Source of the DNA: Terrimicrobiaceae bacterium
GTDB taxonomy: Bacteria; Verrucomicrobiota; Verrucomicrobiia; Chthoniobacterales; Terrimicrobiaceae
DNA: 64,000 nucleotides
NCBI GenBank assembly: GCA_044352905.1
Contig: JBILCY010000001.1
Coordinates: 263,242 to 327,241 of the forward strand
Direction of reading: 5' to 3'
The position numbers were made by a program, and so were the translations under genes. How positions within the stretch are numbered: position 1 is the stretch's first letter; the number at the start of each line of letters is the position of its first letter. Shown here piece after piece: positions 1-7,900 of this stretch. The notes below the pieces were generated by a model. The model was not told the DNA's origin. It did not search any database and was given only the letters and a program-made list of their open reading frames with translations.

Positions 1-2
1 AT

Positions 3-1559
3 CTCACGAAGGCCGAGGTCGTGGCCGAATTCACCCGCGATACCAATAATGGCGGCGACTCCAATATCCTCTACTCGGGGAACCAACTCAAGCAGGCGAC
101 CTACCTCATCCGGGTAATCAACTGGCTGGCGAGCACGAACACCCCCGGGGTGCCGATGGCCCGCATCCAGCCGCGCAAGTCGGTGTCTGGTGGGTTTGCC
201 ACGATCTTGGATGTCCTAGGTTCATCGCAGGCGCTCATCCGGGTGGATTCCTACCTCGGGGCGAACCGCCACCACCTCCAAACGAACACGAAGCTCTGGT
301 CGCTTCCGGCCTTCTACGCTGGCAACTACCCTCGGTCGGTGGCCATGCACGAGCAACGCATCTGGTGGGCGGGAACGAGCCGGGAACCGACCACCCTCTG
401 GGGGAGCGAGATTGATAATTTTGAGAGCTTCCGAACCGGAGCGATTGCGAGCGACTCGGTGAAAATCAGCCTCGCCGCCTCGGAGGGCAACCGGATCACA
501 TGGATGCACTCGCAGCAAAACAGCCTACTCATCGGCACGACCGGCGACGAGTGGACGGTGAGTGCCGCCGATGTCGCCTCGGCGATCTCCGCCTCCAACT
601 TGGAGGCCAAGCGCCAATCCAGCTACGGCAGCAAATACATGCGGGCGGTCATCGTGAACGATGTCCTGCTTTTCATCCAGCGCAACGGGCGCAAGGTGCG
701 TGAGCTTGTCTACGAACTCAACAAGGACGGCTGGGTCGCGCCGGATCTGACCTTGCTGGCCGAACACGTCACCTCGGGCGAGATCGTGGAGATCGCCTAC
801 CAGCAACAGCCCGATGCCGTGCTGTGGTGCGCCCGTGGAGATGGCACGCTCATTGCCATGACCTACGAGCGCGACCAAAAGGTCGTGGGCTGGCATCGGC
901 ACATTATCGCGGACAATGCCGTGGTCGAGTCGGTCGCCACGATTTACGGCAATGGCACCGAGGATGAGGTGTGGATGGCCGTGAAGCGCAGCGTCTCCGG
1001 GCAGGACTACCGCACCATCGAGCGGTTCCCGCTTCTCTGGCGCAAATACATCGATGAACAGACAGCTAAGGACTCCCGCTACCTTGACGGCCATGTCTCT
1101 TTCGCCTCTGGAGCGGCCAATCGCTCGATCTCCGGCCTCGCGCATCTCAATGGCAAAACCGTCACGGTGGTGCAGGAAGGAAGCGCTCCCGTGACCCGCA
1201 CGGTTTCCGGCGGGGCGATCACCGTTCCCCAAGCCGCCGCAGGCTACCTCGGCCTGCCCTACACCTCGACGCTGCGGCCTATGAAGCTGGATGCTGATTA
1301 CGAGGATGGCACGGCGCAGTCGCGCAAGAAGCGCATCCACCAGGTCGTCGTTCGCACGCTCAAAAGCCGGGGAGGGGAGGTCCGCACCAATAACGGATCG
1401 TGGTATGCGCTGGCCGACACGCTCACCACCGGCGACCAAAAAATCATTCTCGGCGGTGCGTTCGGAATCGACGCGGACGTGGATGTGAGGCAAACTGCGC
1501 CTTATCCCATGTGCATCATCTCAATCCTTCCAAAATGGGACGCTTACGGCAATGAGTGA
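3..1559 (+). CDS. Phage tail structural protein, 5'-truncated by the window edge (beta-propeller-like; tail tubular protein B / 'stabilisation protein'-like)
   Basis: The reading frame is open from base 3, so the listed GTG at 21 is probably internal. Repeated strand-like motifs are present (IWWAGT, LLIGTTGDEW, VLLFIQRNG, AVLWCARGDGTLIAMTYERDQKVVGWHRH). It sits immediately upstream of the core/ejection-type genes. Family assignment is from memory only. Confidence 0.55.
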   Translation, partial: LTKAEVVAEFTRDTNNGGDSNILYSGNQLKQATYLIRVINWLASTNTPGVPMARIQPRKSVSGGFATILDVLGSSQALIRVDSYLGANRHHLQTNTKLWSLPAFYAGNYPRSVAMHEQRIWWAGTSREPTTLWGSEIDNFESFRTGAIASDSVKISLAASEGNRITWMHSQQNSLLIGTTGDEWTVSAADVASAISASNLEAKRQSSYGSKYMRAVIVNDVLLFIQRNGRKVRELVYELNKDGWVAPDLTLLAEHVTSGEIVEIAYQQQPDAVLWCARGDGTLIAMTYERDQKVVGWHRHIIADNAVVESVATIYGNGTEDEVWMAVKRSVSGQDYRTIERFPLLWRKYIDEQTAKDSRYLDGHVSFASGAANRSISGLAHLNGKTVTVVQEGSAPVTRTVSGGAITVPQAAAGYLGLPYTSTLRPMKLDADYEDGTAQSRKKRIHQVVVRTLKSRGGEVRTNNGSWYALADTLTTGDQKIILGGAFGIDADVDVRQTAPYPMCIISILPKWDAYGNE

Positions 1560-1974
1560 CATCCACATCCGCCACTACGACCCTTCCGACTACGAGATGC
1601 TCTCGGAGTGGTGGCACGCCCACGGCAAGCATCGCCGCCCGGAGCCGATGCTCCCGAAGTGCGGCGTCGTGTGCGAGATCGACGGCAAGCCAGTCTCCGC
1701 TTTGTTCCTCTACATGGACAACTCCTGCGGCATGTGCATGGCCGAACACGCCGTGAGCGCACCGGGCCTTTCCTTAAAAACCTCCCTGCTCGCCTTCCGG
1801 CACTCTATCGCCTGCCTTAAAAAAATCGCTTTGGACCTCGGCTACCACACGATGGCTGTCTTCACTTATCCAGGCATCGCCCGGGTGCTGGAGCGGCAGG
1901 GATTCCGCGAAGGAAACCGCAATCAAGTTTTTCTAATGAACTCACTACAGGAGGAACCGAAAAATGGGTGCTGA
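1552..1974 (+). CDS. Small (140 aa) GNAT-fold-like protein inside the virion-protein operon
   Basis: The ATG overlaps the upstream stop (ATGAGTGA). GNAT-like layout: IHIRHYDPSDYEMLSEWW ... CEIDGKPVSALFLYMD ... AVSAPGLSLKTSLLAFRHSIACLKKIALDLGYHTMAVFTY..IARVLERQGF. The usual R/Q-x-x-G-x-G/A acetyl-CoA loop is degenerate (APGLSLK). Confidence 0.45.
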   Translation: MSDIHIRHYDPSDYEMLSEWWHAHGKHRRPEPMLPKCGVVCEIDGKPVSALFLYMDNSCGMCMAEHAVSAPGLSLKTSLLAFRHSIACLKKIALDLGYHTMAVFTYPGIARVLERQGFREGNRNQVFLMNSLQEEPKNGC

Positions 1975-2914
1975 TGGCGGCGCATCAATAATGATAGCGG
2001 CATCAATCCTTGCCACTGCTGCTTCGACCGGCGTGGCCATGTATTCCGCAGACCAGCAGTCGAAATCGCAGGCCGCGATTGCTGAATACAACCGGATGGC
2101 CAACGAGCAGAACGCCGCGTGGCAGCGCATGGCTGCGGAGCGGGCCGCGCAGTCCGAGCAATACAACGCGCAACTGGCGATGTTCAACGCGCAGGCCCAG
2201 CAGTCCCAAGCCCAGTTCTCAGCACAGACGGCTCAATTTCAAAACGAGCAGCTTCGCCAGCAGTCGCAGTTCAGCGACATGCAGGCGCAAATCCAGAACA
2301 ATACCGCAGAGATGATGCGCCAGCAGGCTGCTGGCGAGGAGCAGCAGGCTCGCGAGCAGGCCAACCGCATTCGCGCCGAAAAGGACCGCATCCTCGGTCT
2401 CCAGCGCTCCCAATACGCCAAGGGTGGGGTGACAACGGAAGGCTCTCCGCTTGCAGTTTTGGCTGATACCGCCAGTATCTACGAAATGCAGGTTGCCGAC
2501 ACCCGACTCCTCGCCAATCTGGAGGCGAACAAGAAACGCTACGAGGCGGAAGTGACCGATTTTAATGCGGGCATCACCGCGCTGGAGGGGAAAATGATGC
2601 GCGACCAGGCGGGGATCAACGACACCGCCATTGGCTTCAATTTGTCGCAAGACCTCTTCGCTTCCAACATCAACCTCAATTCCGCAAAAATGTCTTACAA
2701 CGACGCGCAGTTTGCCGAGAAGGCCGCCGGGGCCGGATACCGGATCGCCATGCGCCAAGCGGCCATCGAGCAGATGGCTGGCAACGCCACCTCCCGCGCC
2801 ACCGCCATGGGAGGCTACTCCGCTCTGGCCAGCGGCATCGGGAGCATGGCCAACACCGGGATGAGTGCTTATGGCTACAAGAGGTCCACCACCAAACAAG
2901 GAGCAATAGGATAA
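1964..2914 (+). CDS. Phage internal virion-type protein: N-terminal TM helix plus Q/A/N-rich coiled coil
   Basis: The start lies 11 nt before the upstream stop. It has a hydrophobic N-terminus (IMIAASILATAASTGVAMY), about 130 aa of Q/A/N-rich heptad-like sequence and a G/A/S-rich C-terminus. Its position corresponds to the T7 gp14-type slot (inference). Confidence 0.55.
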   Translation: MGADGGASIMIAASILATAASTGVAMYSADQQSKSQAAIAEYNRMANEQNAAWQRMAAERAAQSEQYNAQLAMFNAQAQQSQAQFSAQTAQFQNEQLRQQSQFSDMQAQIQNNTAEMMRQQAAGEEQQAREQANRIRAEKDRILGLQRSQYAKGGVTTEGSPLAVLADTASIYEMQVADTRLLANLEANKKRYEAEVTDFNAGITALEGKMMRDQAGINDTAIGFNLSQDLFASNINLNSAKMSYNDAQFAEKAAGAGYRIAMRQAAIEQMAGNATSRATAMGGYSALASGIGSMANTGMSAYGYKRSTTKQGAIG

Positions 2915-4971
2915 TGCCCGCCATCCGACTCGCCGAAATTCCGAACGCAGGACCACGCGCAGCAACCGCCAGCACCGCAGGAATTGCCGCGCCGTCTGTT
3001 CCAAGATTTCAAGTAAACCCGGAGGTGGCAAAGCTTGGAGGGGCGGCCATGGTGGACTCGGGGTCCATGCGGAACGCCGCGCAGTCGATGCTCACGCAGA
3101 CGCTGGAGCTTGACGCGTTCTCTCAAGAGGCCAAAGCCGCAGCGAACTTCGCCGACTCGATCCAAGGAATCGGGAATGTGGCGATGGAATGGGGGCAAAA
3201 GTTTGCGAGAGCCAAAGACGACGCCGACATCGAGCGGGCACAGACGATCATGCAGGCGACTTGGCAGAAACAACTCACCGAGCAGGAAGGACTGCCTGTG
3301 GAAAAATGGCAGGAAAACTGGGCGAGAAATCAAGAGCAAGCGCAGCGTGCGCTTGGAGAGATCAAGTTTTCCCAAAACGCTGCCAGCCGACTCGGCCCGG
3401 AGCTGGATCGCTGGTCAACTATTTCCTCCGTAAACATCGACGGGAAAGCCAAGCAAAAGCAGGTCGAGAGCTTCCGACTCGATGCCGAGGTCGCCTACAA
3501 GCGCGAGCTGGCCAACGACAACCTCGGGGGTGCTTTTTCTGTCATCGACCGATTTGAAAAAAACGGAACGCTCTCGGCGGATGATGCCGAAAGATTCCGT
3601 TTCAATGTAGAACTGGAATCGATAAAAAAATCAAAGGCGGAGCGCAACGCCAACATTGAATCTGCCATCATTCTTGATCCCCAAAAATGGGAGGAAGACC
3701 TCACCCAAGGCATCAAGAGCGGTTCCAGCAAGCTCCAGACCGATCTCTCCAAGGAGGAGATGCTACGTTTCCTTGGAAACGCCCGCCAGCAGTCCCGATT
3801 TGCCGAGGTGGAAAAACTCTCCGCCGTTGAAGATGTCATGCTCAAAGGGGAATTCCAGAGCGTCGAGGAACTCGAAAAAGCCCTCGACCGTCCGGACCTC
3901 ATGCCCAATGTGAAGCTCCCCGAGCGGGCGGTTCAGTCCCTCAAGGCATCGTTCCTGCAATCCCCGGAGCGCCAAGCCGAATCTATCAAACTCCTCCCGG
4001 CCATAATCCAGAAAATCGAAGCCTTCGATGTTTCCTCCGACTCCAAGCTGGAAAACTATTTCGATCTCGCCAGCGAAATCCGCTCTCTCCCCGAAGGCTA
4101 CCGACGCGAACCGCTTGACTTGCTCTACGACAAATTCCGCCAATACAAGGATGGCCGGAAACCCGTTCCCGCCACCGCGCTTGGCCAAATCAAAAAGCAA
4201 GCCGCCGACGATTTGAAAAATGGCGGATTTGGAAAATGGAAAACCGGAAAGGATGGTGCGATCCCAGACGATCAACGACCAGGCTACATCGCCGCCAACC
4301 TGCGGTTCAGTCAAGAAATGACCTCGCTAGAGAATTGGGCCAAAGCCAACCCGGACAAAGCCAAGGTCGATACCGAGGTCTACAAGGCTCACAACGAGAT
4401 CATCACCGAACTCAATAAGGTCGATGCCGCCGCGGGCCGTCCCTCCACTCGCCGCCCGGTGGAAATCCCATCGATCTCTAAGCCGCCAGCCAATCCTTCC
4501 GGAATTCCCGATCCCGACGAAATCCTCCGCTCCGCGCCCGCAGGCGCATCCGCACCGGCTACGATCCGGCACAACAACCCCGGGGGCATCTACCCGAGCG
4601 GCCTAGCTTCCAAATACGGATCCACCGGATCATCCACCATCGGAGGCGGCCACAAGATTGCTTCGTTCCGCACGCCCACGGATGGGGCCGCTGCCCAATT
4701 TGCCCAACTCAACCGCCCTCAATACTTGGGCAAGCCCCTCCGCGAGGCGATCCGCACCTGGAGCGGCGGGAATTCCGTGGATTCCTACCTCGCCACGATC
4801 CAGCGCGAGGCTGGCATTTCGCCGGACACCGTCTTGACGCCTGCCCTGTTGGCCGACCCAGCAGTCGCCATCCCGTTGGCCAAGGCCATGGCTCGCCATG
4901 AGACAGGACGCCAGTTCCCGCTCGACGACACGGGTTGGAGGCAGGCCCATTCCAGAGTTTTTTCCACATGA
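2914..4971 (+). CDS. Phage internal virion/ejection-type protein (685 aa) with a C-terminal NNPG-motif domain
   Basis: TAATG overlap with the upstream gene. The first ~540 aa are long, charged and helical. The C-terminal ~135 aa (nt ~4564-4971) read IRHNNPGGIYPSG...GGGHKIASFRTPTDGAAAQFAQL...IRTWSGGNSVDSYLATIQREAGI...ARHETG. This resembles the R-N-N-N-P-G-N type domain I recall from phage virion proteins; its function is not established here. Confidence 0.55.
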   Translation: MPAIRLAEIPNAGPRAATASTAGIAAPSVPRFQVNPEVAKLGGAAMVDSGSMRNAAQSMLTQTLELDAFSQEAKAAANFADSIQGIGNVAMEWGQKFARAKDDADIERAQTIMQATWQKQLTEQEGLPVEKWQENWARNQEQAQRALGEIKFSQNAASRLGPELDRWSTISSVNIDGKAKQKQVESFRLDAEVAYKRELANDNLGGAFSVIDRFEKNGTLSADDAERFRFNVELESIKKSKAERNANIESAIILDPQKWEEDLTQGIKSGSSKLQTDLSKEEMLRFLGNARQQSRFAEVEKLSAVEDVMLKGEFQSVEELEKALDRPDLMPNVKLPERAVQSLKASFLQSPERQAESIKLLPAIIQKIEAFDVSSDSKLENYFDLASEIRSLPEGYRREPLDLLYDKFRQYKDGRKPVPATALGQIKKQAADDLKNGGFGKWKTGKDGAIPDDQRPGYIAANLRFSQEMTSLENWAKANPDKAKVDTEVYKAHNEIITELNKVDAAAGRPSTRRPVEIPSISKPPANPSGIPDPDEILRSAPAGASAPATIRHNNPGGIYPSGLASKYGSTGSSTIGGGHKIASFRTPTDGAAAQFAQLNRPQYLGKPLREAIRTWSGGNSVDSYLATIQREAGISPDTVLTPALLADPAVAIPLAKAMARHETGRQFPLDDTGWRQAHSRVFST

Positions 4972-7900
4972 CCAACCTCATCGACGACGAGACAGCATCA
5001 CGTTATTGGGCCGAGCGCGAATCCGCTCCCGAGGCCGAGCGTGAATCCCGCAACACCGCCCTCATGGATTGGGCGAAAGCCAAAAAAGCCGACCAGTTCC
5101 GGGCAGAGCAGGAGCAGGCCGAACGCGCCTATACCGACCTTGATGGATGGTGGAAGGAGAATGGCGCAGGCCATGTGTTTGAAAAAGACGAGGACCGCTT
5201 GGAAGTAGCCAACCGCCGATATATCGCAAATCAGTTCCAGCAGACTCCAGACCAGCAGGGCCGCTACTACCCGACTTACCGCGACGAGTATCTGCAAAAA
5301 ACCTTTGGCAAATCCGGACTTTCCGAGACCGAGACCTTCAACCTCATCCGCGATTCGCTCACCGCCCGCAAGGCCACCGAGGACGCCCTACGCGAACTCC
5401 CTGGTTCATTGGCCAAAGGGATGTTTTCCAATGTCGCCGAAGGAAAGACCCTTGATGAGACCGATTCGTGGTTCCTGTTCCAAGACTGGAAGGACCGCCA
5501 TGCTGACAAGCTCGCCACGCTACCCGATGGCTGGGAAGCCGCCATGCTTGACCGTGCAGTAAAGCTCCAAGCACGCACCGAGACAATGATGCGCGACCTT
5601 GCGCCGGAATCCAAACGTGCCTTCGACACCCTCCTCGCGTTCACTCGCCCGGAGGATGCTGCGGGCCTCCCGCCCGCCGACCGCGCCGATGTCGAGAACC
5701 TCTCCAAGGAATTTGCAAAGCTCGACCCGCAGCAACGCCAAGACATCTACTCCACGCTCTACTATGCCGCCGAGGCCGAGGGGGCTGGTATGGGCAAGGG
5801 ATTCTTTGAAAAGGTGGGCGAGGGGATCGCCCGAGGCGGGGTGAACATCTACGATGACATGGCGATGGTCGCCGAGGATCGCAACGCCCGCGAAAACCTC
5901 CGCCGCCTCCGCTCTGGAGAGATGGTCTACTCCGCGCCGAACAACATGGTCCGACGCGCCGATGAGTTTATCCAACTCGGAGCAGCAGAGCAGGGCGCTC
6001 CGCTCAACGAGGGCGTTCCCGCCGATGCCACCCCGCTCACCGAGGAGCAAAAAACCGAACTCATCGCCCAGAACGAGCAACGCCTCTCCGAACTCAAGGC
6101 GCTGCGCGAAATCCGCCAGATCGCCGATGGCACCATCGACCCCATCAAGACCGAGATGGACGGCGTCATGGGAGAAATCGTGCAGGGTGCCTATACCATT
6201 TCGCAATCACTCCCCTACATGGCAATAGCGGCGGTTCCCTACGTCGGCCTGCCCGCAGTGATGGGCGCACTCACGAACAGCAACTACCTCCGAATGCTCG
6301 ATGCCTATCAGGACATGGACCCCGATGCCGCGCTGACCATTTCAGCCGCCATCGCCGGCCCGCAGGCGTTCATCGAGCGCTTTCAAGCCAACGCCCTCAT
6401 CGGACGGTCTCCCGCCCTCAACGCCCTCATGCGGAAGATGACCGATGTCCGTATTCCCATCGCTGCACGCCTTGCCATCGGATACGGGGCCAATGTCGCC
6501 TACCAGACCGGGCAGGAATTCGTGCAGGAGGCTATGCCGGTCCTCGCCGACCAGATCGCCGCCGCCATCCGCGAGGATATGCCGGAGTTCGACGCCGGGA
6601 AGGCATGGGGTGCTTACGTCGATCAGATGCCAGACATTTTCTACTCCATGCTCTGGGCGGGACTCATCGGCACCGGAGCCAGCAGCTTCCGCGAACTCAA
6701 GCGCAACGGCCAATACGAACGCTCGCTGGGCGAACTTGAAATGGTCGGCATCACCGGCGAGGCCGCGCAGGACATCGCCGCCGAGCAAGACCCCGATGCC
6801 GCCACCTCCAAATTCCGCGAGGCATGGGACAAGCGCACCCCGGAGGACATCCAGGCGGGCATCGCCAAGCGAGCCGCCCAACTGGGAGCCGCACGCTCCA
6901 CCCAGCAAAACCCCGAACTTCCCGTCCGCCGCATCGAGCAGAACCAAGACGGCACACTCACCCACATCATCGAGCGCCCGGATGGCACCGTCCTCTACCG
7001 AACCAATGATTCCGACGCCGCCGACATCGCGCTGATCGAGCAGACGCGCCGGGTTGTTGCAAATGATTTGCAATCAGACATTTCCATTGTCACCGAAGTC
7101 CGCGACCAATGGCTTTCGGAAGACCCCACCAATGTCGCCATTGAGTCCGACACAACCACCGCTCAGCAAAAACTGGAGCAACTCCAAGCCGCCGGAAATG
7201 TCGCGCAGATCGAGGAACTCCACCGCCGCATCGCCACCTCCCTATACAAGGACACGCCTTACGACCAGATCAACATCCTCGGAGAGGCCACCGTCGAAGA
7301 CCTCGGGGAAATGGTTTTCCGTGGCGTCATCACGCTCAACCAAAATAGCCGCCCCGAAGATGCCCGCGAAGAGATTCACCATGTCGCCGTCCGCAAGGCG
7401 CTGATGAAAGGCTCGGTCACGCTCGAAACCCTGCGCGGTTGGCTCGACGCCACCGAAACCGCCCTGCCCGACAAGTTCCCCGGCCTCGTTCGCGACAACG
7501 AAAACGACATCGTCGAGTCCCTTGCGCGTGTCCAACGCGCCTACGAGGACGGCAAAATCAACGCCGAGGAGGAAACAAACCTGCCAGCCTCCTTTGTGGA
7601 CTACATCAAGCGAATGCTAAAAGTCTTCAAAGAAGTCCTCCAGCGGGCCGTGGCACTCCGTGGCGCTTTCAAGCAGGGAATCCTTCCTGGTGATTACGAA
7701 GCCTTCCTCGCCGAATCCGTGGGCCTCAACCAGCAGACCATGGTGGACACCACCCGGGAACGGGTAGTTGGGGATATTTTGACCAACGGTGGGCAGATGC
7801 TCATGGACTTCTCCATCGGCTCCCGCGCCAGTGCGGTATCAAATGATACTCCCTCCATCCGAGCCAGCAACGCCACGATCACCGGCCCTGCGAACTACAG

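Noticed and set aside
2040-2400. The Q-rich region of ORF 1964-2914 as a DNA tandem repeat.
   Set aside because: CAG/CAA/GCN codons recur but no exact nucleotide repeat unit is visible. This is amino-acid composition bias in a coiled coil.
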